Assembly (NCBI GenBank): GCA_038998335.1 | Contig: JAVZHQ010000001.1 | Span: 219,281-283,280, forward strand | Direction of reading: 5' to 3' | Source: Candidatus Aenigmatarchaeota archaeon | Lineage (GTDB): Archaea > Aenigmatarchaeota > Aenigmatarchaeia > CG10238-14 > SCSR01 | Length of the DNA stretch: 64,000 bases | Shown: positions 18,660 to 29,200 of the stretch, one piece after another | Numbering within the stretch: position 1 is the stretch's first letter | Layout of the letters: each line of letters opens with the position of its first letter | Notes under the pieces: generated by a model | The model's database searches: none | Seen by the model: only the letters and a program-made list of their open reading frames with translations | What the model was told of the DNA's origin: nothing | Program-made: the position numbers and the translations under genes

Positions 18660-20690
18660 TTAACCAATTTTTTCTATTTTCACGTTACAGTACTTAAAGG
18701 CTGGTATTTTTGAAACTGGGTCTAGAATCGGGCTAGTTAACTTGTTTACCTTTTTTTCTGAGTAATGGTTTGGAGCTGCCAATACTCCTTTGTTTACCCT
18801 ATCGCTAATTTTAGCTTTTATCTCAACTTGGCCAAAAGGTGAAGATATTTTTATTACTTCTCCATCTTTAATCTTAAGCTCTTCTGCATCCTCTTTGCTA
18901 ATTTCAACATAAGCTTCAGGCTTGAGCTTGTTTAGGCTATCAACCTTCCTTGTCATCACTCCAGTGTTAAAATGTTCAAGCCATCTGTGAGAAATTAGAA
19001 CATAAGGATAAGCATGATCAAGAGTTTGCGGCCCAACAAATGAAACAGGATAGAAAATTGCCCTTTTTCCTGGATAACCAAAATCTTTTGTGTATAGAAT
19101 TTGAGTTCCTTTTGGGTTTTTATTATCGCAAGGCCATTGTATGCCTTTTCTTCCTAGTTTTTTATATGTTATTCCAGAATATTGAGGAATTGCTTTTCTC
19201 ATTTCCTTAAAAATTTCTTCTGGTGAATTAAAGTTAAACTCATCTTTAAAGCCCATTCTCTCTGCCAAAAGTTTTACTATGACCCAATCTTCTTTTGCTT
19301 CTCCTGGTGGCTCAACAGCTTTATTGATTAGTTGAACTCTTCTTTCACTGTTTGTAAAAGTTCCGGTTTTTTCTAAAAAGTCTGCTGCAGGCAGAATTAT
19401 GTTAGCAAGCTTTGCAGTTTCTGTCATAAAAATATCTTGAACAACAAGAAACTCCAAATTTTTTAAGTTTTCCTCTACTCTGTTAGAGTTTGGTAACGAA
19501 ACTACAGGGTTATTTCCGATTATGTACATACCAAGAATTCTTTCAGGAATGGCTTCAATCATCTCATACTCAGTTAATCCCTTAGAAATAGGTAAACCTT
19601 TTACCTTCCAAATTTTTTCAAATTTTTTTATGGTTTCCTGTGTCAAAGAAGAATAACCAGGATAAACGTTCGGCAGGGCTCCAACATCACAAGCTCCTTG
19701 AACGTTATTGCAGCCTCTTAAAGGATTAATTCCTGAGCCAGGTTTTCCAAAATTTCCAGTAAGCAAAACTAAATCTGTTATAGTTAAAATGTTTTCAACA
19801 CCATTACTATGCTGGGTTATTCCCATTCCAATTAACACAGCAGCTCTCTTAGATTTAGCATAGAGCAAAGCCACTTCCCTTATAGTTTTTTCTTCTACAC
19901 CTGTCATTTTTGAAATGTAGCTGAGGTCAAACTTTTCTAAACTTTTCTTCAGTTGCTCAAAGCCTAAGGTTCTTTCTTTAATGAATTTTTTATTTTCTAA
20001 TTTTTCTTCAAGAATGACTTTCATCAAACCTGCAACAAAAAGTATGTCAGTATTTGGGTTAATTCTAACAAAAATATCAGCTTTTTCTGCAGTCTCTGTT
20101 TTTCTTACATCCACAACAACAAGCTTCCCATGCTTCTTCATTTCTAAGATTCTATCAAAGCCTATTGGTTGGGTAGCTACAGGGTTTACACCAAAAGCTA
20201 AAATGCAATCAGCTTCTTTCAAGTCTTCATAGCTGTTTGTCATAGCTGACTTTCCAAGAATTTCATATAAACCAGTAATAGTAGAAGCATGGCAAAGCCT
20301 AGTACAATTGTCTATGTTGTTAGTGCCTATAACAACCCTAGCAAACTTTTGAATTAAATAGTTTTCTTCGTTCGTGCATTTTGTTGAAGAAAAAATTCCA
20401 ATAGAATTTTTTCCATAAGTATCCCTTATTCTCACGAATTCTTCTGCTATTATGTCCAAAGCTTTATTCCAAGAAATTCTCTCAAACTTATCTCCTTTTC
20501 TGATTAAAGGATACTTTAACCTTCCTGGATGGTTCGCTACTTGCAATAAAGTAGCCCCTTTTATGCAAAGTCTCCCTTTGCTGATTGGATGGTCCTTTTG
20601 CGGGTTAATTCTTGCAATTTCTCCTTTTTCTACTTCAACTTCTAGCCCGCAACCAACACCACAATAGGGGCAAACAGAGAATACTCTCAT
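18660..20690 (-). CDS. fdhA: formate dehydrogenase alpha subunit, Cys-type molybdopterin oxidoreductase
   Basis: N-terminal Fe-S motif 'CPYCGVGCG'; 'QKFARVVIGTNNIDNCTRLCHAS' and 'GINPLRGCNNVQGACDVGALP' align with FdhF, with Cys at the position that is selenocysteine in the E. coli enzyme. Confidence 0.75.
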   Translation of the reverse strand: MRVFSVCPYCGVGCGLEVEVEKGEIARINPQKDHPISKGRLCIKGATLLQVANHPGRLKYPLIRKGDKFERISWNKALDIIAEEFVRIRDTYGKNSIGIFSSTKCTNEENYLIQKFARVVIGTNNIDNCTRLCHASTITGLYEILGKSAMTNSYEDLKEADCILAFGVNPVATQPIGFDRILEMKKHGKLVVVDVRKTETAEKADIFVRINPNTDILFVAGLMKVILEEKLENKKFIKERTLGFEQLKKSLEKFDLSYISKMTGVEEKTIREVALLYAKSKRAAVLIGMGITQHSNGVENILTITDLVLLTGNFGKPGSGINPLRGCNNVQGACDVGALPNVYPGYSSLTQETIKKFEKIWKVKGLPISKGLTEYEMIEAIPERILGMYIIGNNPVVSLPNSNRVEENLKNLEFLVVQDIFMTETAKLANIILPAADFLEKTGTFTNSERRVQLINKAVEPPGEAKEDWVIVKLLAERMGFKDEFNFNSPEEIFKEMRKAIPQYSGITYKKLGRKGIQWPCDNKNPKGTQILYTKDFGYPGKRAIFYPVSFVGPQTLDHAYPYVLISHRWLEHFNTGVMTRKVDSLNKLKPEAYVEISKEDAEELKIKDGEVIKISSPFGQVEIKAKISDRVNKGVLAAPNHYSEKKVNKLTSPILDPVSKIPAFKYCNVKIEKIG

Positions 20691-20728
20691 TAAATATAGT
20701 TTAATTTTTATAATAAATTATTTTAATC

Positions 20729-21301
20729 ATGGAGATAAGCTGCTTGATTCTTGCTGGTGGTAAGTCTTCTAGGCTTAAGAATAAACCTTTTGTGGTTCTA
20801 AAAGATAAACCTTTGGTAAAACACGTGTTTGATAATTTAAGGAAAATTTTCTCAGACATTGTTATTGTTGTTAAGAACGAGAAGGATAAAGTAAAGGTTG
20901 AAAGGATTATAAAAGATTGTAGAATAGTTGTTGATGAAAACAAAGTTTTTTCACCTATCGCAGGAATAGTTTCAGGAATTAAACATGTAAAAAATGATTT
21001 TGTTTTTGTTGTAGCTTGTGACATGCCTTTTGTGAAAGAAAAAACAGTAAAGGAATTGCTCTCAAGAATAGATAATGAAACGAAATGCGCATGCTATGCT
21101 TATTCTTTAAACAAGTTTGAACCCCTGTGTGCAATTTACAGAAAAGATTTTTTCAAAGGAATAAGTCTAGAAGAAAGCTTGAGTAAAGCTATAGAAAAAG
21201 AGAGGAATAGGGTTTTAGTTCCAATTGCTAAAGAAACCGACGAGTTTTTTAACATAAACACAAAAAGAGATTTTAAAAAAGCAGAAAAATTACTCTCCTG
21301 A
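20729..21301 (+). CDS. mobA: molybdenum cofactor guanylyltransferase
   Basis: 'LILAGGKSSRL' nucleotidyltransferase motif; next to a molybdoenzyme gene. Confidence 0.7.
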   Translation: MEISCLILAGGKSSRLKNKPFVVLKDKPLVKHVFDNLRKIFSDIVIVVKNEKDKVKVERIIKDCRIVVDENKVFSPIAGIVSGIKHVKNDFVFVVACDMPFVKEKTVKELLSRIDNETKCACYAYSLNKFEPLCAIYRKDFFKGISLEESLSKAIEKERNRVLVPIAKETDEFFNINTKRDFKKAEKLLS

Positions 21302-21443
21302 AAGGCTTGGTATTAAACCTATTTTTTCGAACAAAAACCATAAAGTCAATATTAATAAGAGCAAGGATGCTACAAGCATGCCTGGAGAGATTTGAAAACC
21401 TTGAAAATAGTTTCTTAATATTTCATAAACAAGGTAAAAAACT

Positions 21444-22193
21444 ATGATGTCCCTTATAAAAGAGCGAAAACCCATATTAATTAATTATTTCACTAATAAA
21501 AATATTGAGAGTATGAGAATAGTAATCGGTTTGGGAGGTTCGCTTTTAACAAAAGAGCTTACTTACGAGAATTTCAAGAAGTATGCAGAGGTTTTGATTA
21601 AACTTAAGGAAAAAGGTCATAGGCTAATAGTTATTTGTGGCGGAGGAAAAACTTGTAGAGAGTATCAAAAAATAGCAAAAGAGTTTAACGCTACATCAAC
21701 TTTTGTTGACAGGATTGGAATCATAGCAACAAGGCTTAACGCTTTAACTTTAATCTCAGCTTTGGGTGAACAAGCTTATAAAGATGTTGTTAAAAGTGTG
21801 GAAGAGTTAGAAAATTTACCAGAAGATAAAATAATAGTAGGAGCAGGAATATTCCCAGGCCATTCCACAGATTTTGATTCTGCAATATTTGCTGAAGCGG
21901 TAAGGGCTGATATTTTAATAAAAGCAACCAATGTAGATGGAGTTTACACTTCTGACCCAACTCAAGACCCTCAAGCTAGAAAACTGGAAAAAGTAAGTTA
22001 TGAGGAATTTGAAAAGATTTTGCTAAAAAACAGGCAAGGACCAGGAGAATACAAGCTTTTTGATTTATCTGCTGCAAAGATAATAGCAAGGTCAAGAATA
22101 AGAACAATAATAGTTGATGGAAGCGATCCAGAAGAAATTTTAAGAGCAGTAGAAGGAAAACATAAAGGAAGTGAAGTTTTAAGTTTAGGCTAA
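21444..22193 (+). CDS. pyrH: uridylate kinase (amino-acid-kinase fold)
   Basis: 'VIGLGGSLL' N-terminal motif, 'ICGGG' glycine loop, ~225-250 aa. Confidence 0.65.
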   Translation: MMSLIKERKPILINYFTNKNIESMRIVIGLGGSLLTKELTYENFKKYAEVLIKLKEKGHRLIVICGGGKTCREYQKIAKEFNATSTFVDRIGIIATRLNALTLISALGEQAYKDVVKSVEELENLPEDKIIVGAGIFPGHSTDFDSAIFAEAVRADILIKATNVDGVYTSDPTQDPQARKLEKVSYEEFEKILLKNRQGPGEYKLFDLSAAKIIARSRIRTIIVDGSDPEEILRAVEGKHKGSEVLSLG

Positions 22194-22211
22194 AAATAAA
22201 TTATTAGAAAG

Positions 22212-22297
22212 CCCTGGTAGCTCAGTTGGTTAGAGCGCATAGTTTAGCGTAAGCTTGGTAAGCATGAGGTCCCGGGTTCAAGTCCCGGCCAGGGCTT
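22212..22297 (+). tRNA. tRNA-Thr (anticodon GGU) with a 12-nt intron inside the anticodon stem (22242-22253)
   Basis: Acceptor gccctgg/ccagggc, D-arm gctc-agttggtta-gagc, T-arm ccggg-ttcaagt-cccgg; removing agtttagcgtaa gives a perfect 5-bp anticodon stem catgc/gcatg with loop ttGGTaa. Confidence 0.6.
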
Positions 22298-22408
22298 TAC
22301 GGCACAACCACAAATCCCTTACCAATAAAAAGGGATATAACTAGTCAACAAAAGGGAAAGGCAAATTGCAGAAAAATTCTACGAGTAGTTTTGACGGTAA
22401 TTATCATG

Positions 22409-23791
22409 CTAAATGCTTTTGCTTGTCCACAAAGCATGTGGTTTAAATTTTGTTTCTAAATTCGAAAATATTAAGTCAACTTCTTCTTTCCACTCATAAA
22501 ACCCTTCAGGATTTTTTGGATATTCTAAACAAATCTCCTGAAGTTTTCTCATGATTCTTGTAACATAGTTTAAATTTCTCATAAGGTCAAATCTCTTAAT
22601 TCCTTTCAAAGTTCTGACAGCTTTTTCTAGTATGCTTAACCTAAGCTCAGTTTCTGTTGTTAGAGCTATTAAATCCTCTTCCCTTATTATTTCCTGATTT
22701 CTTATATAATCTATATCTTTTGAAGTAAGACTTTGAAGAAGAATCCTTAAAGCATCTAAAGGTAAATACTTGTAACCATAACTTTTTGTGTAAAGCTCAA
22801 AGTTGTAAAGCCATAAATTTTCTTTACTTGGATTATTATTTTCCAAGGCATTACATGCAACTTCTGAAGCAAGTTTTCCGCTTACTACTGCTTGTCCATT
22901 TCCACCTCCAGTAATGGGGTCAACTATGGAGCCTGCCTCTCCTGCTATTAAAAAACCGTTTCCAACAAGAGAGGTTAAAGGCCTTCTAGTTGAAACGTCC
23001 ATACCTCCTGCCTGCTTTACTCCATTTATTTCTAAAATTTTTGAGTCTTCAAACAATTCCATCTTGAGCAAAGTTTCATACAACCTCTTTTTTGGATTGG
23101 GATGGTTTGGTAGCTTTTGTACCCCTAAGCCAACGTTTACAGTATTTTCATCATGAGGGAAAATCCAACCATAACCTCCAGGAAAATTCTCCGGGTTCAA
23201 GTATATTTCGCAATAATTTTTATTTTCCACTTTGTGTTTAATCTTTCTGATTTCTCTGTAAGCGCAATTAACATCCTTATCTTTAATCTCTTCTATTCCA
23301 AAATCGCTTGGAAGCTCGGATCTAAATTTAGACCTAAGTCCACTTGCATCTATAACAATATCTCCATAGATTTTTCCTGATGAAAATACTTCCACACCTT
23401 TTACAAAATTTTTTTCTATAATTGGTTTTTTAACAATAGTTTTATCGATCAATTTTGCTCCAGCATCTGTCGCAAAATCTAAAAGCAGTTGACCAAAAAC
23501 GTATCTATTAAGCATACAACCCTTATACTTTCCACCAGGAACTTTCCAGTAACCGAGAGATGGAGTATAAATAATTATTCCATCTATTTCATTAGTTTTC
23601 ATTTCATCAAGAATGTTAAATCCAGCTTCTTCAAAATGATGATAGCTTACCGCATTTCCACAAATTTTATCTCCAATTCTATTTTTTGGTTTTGCATCTA
23701 TCAAACAAACATCAAAATTCCTTTTTGCAGCAGTAAGGGCAGCCATGCAGCCAGCAGAACCTGCTCCAACAACGATAATATCATACTTCAT
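22409..23791 (-). CDS. FAD-dependent geranylgeranyl reductase-family oxidoreductase
   Basis: 'YDIIVVGAGSAGCMAAL' Rossmann motif; start moved to internal 'MKYDIIVVG' (ATG at 23791) because the track's 64-aa N-terminal extension is hydrophobic junk. Confidence 0.65.
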   Translation of the reverse strand: MKYDIIVVGAGSAGCMAALTAAKRNFDVCLIDAKPKNRIGDKICGNAVSYHHFEEAGFNILDEMKTNEIDGIIIYTPSLGYWKVPGGKYKGCMLNRYVFGQLLLDFATDAGAKLIDKTIVKKPIIEKNFVKGVEVFSSGKIYGDIVIDASGLRSKFRSELPSDFGIEEIKDKDVNCAYREIRKIKHKVENKNYCEIYLNPENFPGGYGWIFPHDENTVNVGLGVQKLPNHPNPKKRLYETLLKMELFEDSKILEINGVKQAGGMDVSTRRPLTSLVGNGFLIAGEAGSIVDPITGGGNGQAVVSGKLASEVACNALENNNPSKENLWLYNFELYTKSYGYKYLPLDALRILLQSLTSKDIDYIRNQEIIREEDLIALTTETELRLSILEKAVRTLKGIKRFDLMRNLNYVTRIMRKLQEICLEYPKNPEGFYEWKEEVDLIFSNLETKFKPHALWTSKSI

Positions 23792-23867
23792 GTAAAATAA
23801 TTGAATTGAAAAAATAAAAAGTTTAGTCAATTCTCCAAAACTCGTATCGGAAAATAATTTTAAAAAG

Positions 23868-24080
23868 TTGGGAGTACAATCTTTAAAAGTGGAAGATAAA
23901 AGATTTTCTTCACTCTTAGAAAAATATAAGGTAACTGACAAGAGGGAAACGAAGAGAATACTCGAAAGCATAGAAAAAGCCAAGAAAATAAGGCTTGAGA
24001 AGGGCTTATTTTACGAGGTTGATGATGGAATTCTTATAGGAGTAAACAAGGATGGAAAGCTTATTGTTTATACATTATAA
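23868..24080 (+). CDS. hypothetical small protein
   Basis: 70 aa ORF with TTG start. Confidence 0.25.
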   Translation: MGVQSLKVEDKRFSSLLEKYKVTDKRETKRILESIEKAKKIRLEKGLFYEVDDGILIGVNKDGKLIVYTL

Positions 24081-24121
24081 AAAGTTTAAATGGCTATTGC
24101 ATCTTTATCGTGAAATACCCT

Positions 24122-24613
24122 TTATTTAGAATGGAGAGCTTTGGCGATTCTTTCAGGAAGTGTGTCAAGCTTTTCGTCGATTGCTTTCAAGTACTGAGCA
24201 AAAATGTCCAATTTTTCTGCGGCTTTGTCAAGTTTTTCGTTCAAGCTTGCAGCTGATGAGGAAATTGGCTTTAGTGCTTTATCAAGGGTTTCCTCTATTC
24301 TATCAAGGGCTTCTTCCCACCCTACCAATTGCTCCAGTATTAAGAAATAAAAATATCTCTCTATGCTTAGAATTTTTTCATAGCAAGGTTCCTCTTTTAT
24401 GCTTTTGACTTTTGCTTCTGGTGGGGATTCGGAAGTAACTTTCTTATAAAAAAGCTTGAGGTTATCTTCTCCATCACCAACGAGCACTTCAATTTTATCG
24501 TTGTTTATGTTTCTAGCATAAATTTTCTCGATTCCGCTTTCCATTGCTTTTTCTAATAAAAAGAGCCGGTAATCAGCATTTTGAACTTTTTCACCTTCAA
24601 TTAAAATTTTCAC
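24122..24613 (-). CDS. hypothetical protein
   Basis: 163 aa, helical, no motif. Confidence 0.3.
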   Translation of the reverse strand: MKILIEGEKVQNADYRLFLLEKAMESGIEKIYARNINNDKIEVLVGDGEDNLKLFYKKVTSESPPEAKVKSIKEEPCYEKILSIERYFYFLILEQLVGWEEALDRIEETLDKALKPISSSAASLNEKLDKAAEKLDIFAQYLKAIDEKLDTLPERIAKALHSK

Positions 24614-24792
24614 CGAACCACTTCTTCCTTCTTCATTGGATGAAGGTTACTTATTCTCTAAACTAAAATATTATCGTTTCAACGTAAATATTTAAAACTT
24701 TAGTTGTGCCTTGTTTTTCAGTAGTTAATTGAAAGTAGTTTACAATTGTTCTATTAACCGTAAAATAAGAACTTTTAGTTAGTACATTATAT

Positions 24793-25077
24793 TCAAGAGT
24801 TTTTAGCTTGTGTTAAATCGTAGATCTGAAGAAAAGAGTTTGGGTTGTCAAGAGCAAGAGCAATAACTTTGCCTAGCTCCGTAAGTTCATAGTAGATTCT
24901 GTTCTTTTCCTTGTAGGATTTTACCAGATTATCTTTTACCATCTTTGGCAATACGTACAGGCTTAGGTGCCTAGCCGAAACACGAATTTCATAAGATAGT
25001 TCAGTAGTGTAGAGTTTACCTTTTTTATTTAGCGCTAAAAGGACTTTTGCTACTGCACTGCTTCTTAGAGATTCCAT
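24793..25077 (-). CDS. winged-helix transcriptional regulator (tentative)
   Basis: 94 aa; 'KLYTTELSYEIRVSARHLSLYVLPKMVKDNLV' has an HTH-like pattern. Confidence 0.4.
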   Translation of the reverse strand: MESLRSSAVAKVLLALNKKGKLYTTELSYEIRVSARHLSLYVLPKMVKDNLVKSYKEKNRIYYELTELGKVIALALDNPNSFLQIYDLTQAKNS

Positions 25078-25119
25078 TTTATCACTTTTGTAAAGAGAGC
25101 TTTAACTATTTAAAACTTT

Positions 25120-25407
25120 CTATTTTCTTTTGCTTCTCTTTAATTTTCTTCTTACTAATCTTGGTTTCAAAACTTTGGTTTCAACCATTTTTTCAAGCAA
25201 GTTACTTATTTTGTTGAACGTGTCTGTTAAGTTAGAAATGCTTAATGAAAGGTCATGAAAATCTTCTGTCATAGTTTCCATAACAGTAGCCATATTTTCT
25301 ATACTTGCTGTTAAATGAACTATAGCTCTCATCGCTGAGCCTTCTTCGTCAAAAACGTTTTTTCCTGTACTATCAACGATTCTAAATTCTTTTATCTCCT
25401 CGTTCAT
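25120..25407 (-). CDS. hypothetical protein
   Basis: 95 aa, basic C-terminus. Confidence 0.3.
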   Translation of the reverse strand: MNEEIKEFRIVDSTGKNVFDEEGSAMRAIVHLTASIENMATVMETMTEDFHDLSLSISNLTDTFNKISNLLEKMVETKVLKPRLVRRKLKRSKRK

Positions 25408-25734
25408 GTTTCACCTCCCATAATTAAATAAGTTTATTTAGTAAGAAAAAGTAATCTTAAACTTTTGTTGAGTCTTTAAAAAACTTTAAAGCAAACAAAT
25501 GCTAAACCAATTTTATTTAGTTGTTTGACTTAAATAGTATTATGAACTTTTGGCTAATAGTTGCGATAATTTTTATAATCTTTGCAATTATTCTTTGGTT
25601 TCTTCCTTTCGAGTGTGAAACTACAGTAATTAGTCTTGAAAATTGCTATTGTAACTCAACACTATGCAAAAATATTTTTGGAAACAAGCTTTACGGAGAA
25701 GAATGCTCGCAATGCGAATTTATTTTTAATTCAA

Positions 25735-26205
25735 CTAAAGCTTTTTGATTTCTTCTATAGCTTCTTCCTTGAGCCTATCTAAAATCTCGCTTAAGTCTTT
25801 TGTAAATTCTACATACTCAACATTTTTCTCAAGTTCAGACTTTATTTTTTCCTCATCTATATTTGATTCATCAAAACTTGGAGCAATACTTTTAAAGAGT
25901 TCAGTCTTAGTAAAAATTTTTATACTTTCTGGAATTATTTCTTCATGGATTAAATCTTCAATTTCATTCCTTTTTTCTACCAATACTTCATCACATTTCT
26001 TAATAAAAGTTGAAGCATAAGTTTCAAACTTCTTTCTTAGAATAGAAACATCTTTTTCTAAAATCTTCTTTCTTTCAAAAAAGTATAAAGCTAAAGCAAG
26101 TACAAACAAAGGAAAAATTCCAACAAAAAGCAAAACATACTCGTAAGGAAGAGACTTTAAAAGTGAATCAAAAGAAAATAAAATCCAATTTATCAAATTT
26201 TGCAA
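25735..26205 (-). CDS. hypothetical membrane-anchored protein
   Basis: 156 aa with N-terminal hydrophobic segment. Confidence 0.3.
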   Translation of the reverse strand: MQNLINWILFSFDSLLKSLPYEYVLLFVGIFPLFVLALALYFFERKKILEKDVSILRKKFETYASTFIKKCDEVLVEKRNEIEDLIHEEIIPESIKIFTKTELFKSIAPSFDESNIDEEKIKSELEKNVEYVEFTKDLSEILDRLKEEAIEEIKKL

Positions 26206-26222
26206 TTCTTGTATCGGATCCG

Positions 26223-29200
26223 TTATTCTCTCCTCCTCAAATCCTCCAAAATTCTTTTTTCAGTTCTTGCAACTATTTCTCTTACTTTCTTTATTGCATC
26301 GATATTAACTGAAATGCTTGAAATTCCACACTCAACTAAAAACTCAACCATCTCTGGAATATTGCTTGGGGCTTCGCCACAAATTGAACTTTCCACATTA
26401 TACCTATTACAAGTTTTTATTGTTTCTTTTATTAATCTTAATACTGCAGGGTGCATTTCCGAGTAAAGGTTTAATAACTTTGCGTTATTTCTATCTACGC
26501 CTAAGGTAAGCATGGTTAAATCATTAGAGCCAATAGAAGCAAATGCTATTCCTTCTTTACAAAATTCTTCTATGGTTAAAGCACAAGAAGGAACTTCGAC
26601 CATTATGCCAAGCTTACAGCTTTTTGGCAGTCTAACTTCCAAAGCAATTTCTTTTGCTTTCCTGAATTCCTCAACAGAAATTATAAAAGGAAGCATGATA
26701 TGAACATTATCCAAACCTTCTTCATGTAAAGTTTTGATAGCTTCAAACTCTGCTTTGAGTATCTCAGGCTCATCTAAACTTCTTCTTATACCATGCCATC
26801 CAAGCATTGGGTTGTCTTCTTTTGGTTCTGTTTCACCCCCTTCTAGATGTCTTAGCTCATCTGTTCTAGCGTCTAAGGTTCTTACCCATACAGGCTTGGG
26901 ATAAAATGCTTTTGCTATTGGTCTTATACCATCAAGAAGAATTTGAATGTACTCTTCTTTTCTCCCTTCCCTAACAAGTTTTGCAGGGTGTTTCCCTGAC
27001 TTAAGTATCATATGCTCGATTCTTAACAAGCCAACTCCATCAACTTTTTTTGCTATTTCTTCCACACCCTCTGGAAAAACAAGATTAACTTTTATTTGAG
27101 TAATGGTTGGCTTTATCTCTTCTTCCTCTTCTTCTGGAGCTACGATTTCTGGTGTCTCTACCTGAATTATTCCAGGATAAATCAAACCACGATAAGCATC
27201 GACAGTAACTTCTTGTCCATCTTTTAAAACTTTTGTTGCAGCTAAGGTTCCTACTACACAAGGAATTCTCATTTCTCTTGAAACTATTGCCGCATGACAG
27301 TTTGAAACTAATAGAGGAGTGTATTTTTTGGTAAACACAACATAATTTTTATTAACTTCTTCTTCCGTATCAACTTCAAAGTTAAACACTTCTGTTTTAA
27401 ATCTTTCACCAACTTCTTTAACTCTTAACATACTTAGGCTTGAGTTAAGTATTCTTTCGATTTCTTCTTTTTCTCTTCCTTCAAGCAGAGGTAAAATTCT
27501 TTCTCTAATTTTATTTCTATCGATTAAGAGGTTTTTATTCAAATAAGGCTTTATTTTTCCTTTCCAGTTTGCTTTATCTTCCAAACCTTCAAGAACTTGT
27601 TTAGCCGCAAAGAATTTGCTTCCCTTTTTCCTTTCGTCAAAATTTGCTTTAATTCTTTTACATTTTTCCAAAATTTCTTTCACTTTTTCTCCTATTTGAA
27701 CGTTACATATTTCTCTATTTTTTGTTATTTTGGGGATAATTCCTAGCTTTAAACAAGTTATTACTATCCCCCTTAGTAGGTTTTTGTCCGAAACATAAAT
27801 TTGAATTCTATTTTTAGAAATTGTACCATCCCCATCGATAACTCCTGCAAGAAAAGCTAAAGAAGTAGCTTCATCTAAGAGCAAGCACCAAGAAGCTAAG
27901 TGTTGATAGATCTTTTCTAGAATCAAAGCAGGATAAAGTCTGTAAGAAATATAATCACTTACAGTTCCGGTAACCTCTTTTCCTCTTATTTGTGTGTGAG
28001 TTATTTTCTCTTTTTGGCTAAATTCGTAACCAAAAATTTCTTTGAAATAATCTCTAACTGCAGTAATAAACTCAATTTTTGACTCTTCCTCTTTTTGAGT
28101 AAATATCACACAACCTCTTCTTAAGCCTGTCTTACCCTTAAAAATTTTCCAGTAACCGTCAGAAAAAATGCTTCCTACTAAATATCCAAGTTTTTCGTTA
28201 GAAATCTTACATTCAGAATCAGGCAGGCCAAAAGGTACACAAATAGCTAGTTTTTTACTTAAAATTTCTTGAAGTTCTTTTTTAATTAATTCTCTTTTTT
28301 CATAAGTGAAAATTTTATGGTCTGGAGTTATTCTTATGGAATTATCTTTAATCTTTCCGGTTTGTGAAACAGAAACTTCTACAGTTTGGGCAATTCTTCT
28401 AAAGGCTCTTTTAATTCTTCTCCAAATAGGTTGATTTCTTAAGCAGTCAAAAGAAAGAATGTAAACCTTTTCCTTATTCATAACTTTTTCATAGAGTTCT
28501 TCTGCAGTAACGAAACCTTTTGGCGTTAGAAGAAGAGTATCTCCTGCTATGCAGGTTTGTCCTCCGGAATCAGTTATTATAGCTGAACACTTGCTCATAG
28601 TAGGAACCAAATCAGGAGAAGTCATTGTCGTAACTAAAATATCTCCCTTTTCAACTTTATCTATATCCTTTAGGTCTAAAACAATTTTAACAACCCCTGA
28701 AGCTATCCCAGGCGAAACCCCCAAACCCTTAAGAATAGGTTCACCAACAACTTGTATTTCTTCTACTTTTCCTATGGTTGTTATCGCTCTTGTTTGAACT
28801 ATATATATTCTGTTTCTCTCTATGGCAAACTCAATGTCCTGAGGTTTACCGTAATGGTTTTCAAGTATTACTCCGTAATGAGCAAGTTTTGCTATTTCTT
28901 CTTCCGTTAAAATTTGTTTTCCTTTTTTATCTCTTGGAACAGGAATCTCTTCTGTTTTATCAGTAGCTAAATCTCTTACTCGCATAATTTCTTTTAAACC
29001 AATTTTTTTCTCGAGAAGTTTGCCATCTTTTGAAACTATATAAATATCAGGAGTAACTCTACCAGAAACAAGGGTTTCGCCTAAACCCCAACAAGCTTCT
29101 ATAACTATTTTATCTTCCCCAGTTGCAGGGTTAACCGTGAACATTACTCCAGCCTTTTCACTATTAACCATTTTTTGAATAACAACAGCAATGCTAGCAT

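Noticed and set aside
22212-22297. Alternative assignment of this tRNA as tRNA-Met (CAU) or with an intron at the canonical 37/38 site
   Set aside because: A canonical intron position leaves an anticodon stem with two mismatches and no U33/purine-37 loop context; only removal of 22242-22253 gives a perfect stem with loop ttGGTaa.
22409-23983. Full-length 524-aa ORF for the geranylgeranyl reductase-like gene as given in the track
   Set aside because: The first 64 residues are hydrophobic low-complexity sequence preceding the Rossmann motif; the internal ATG at 23791 ('MKYDIIVVGAGSAG') gives a canonical N-terminus.
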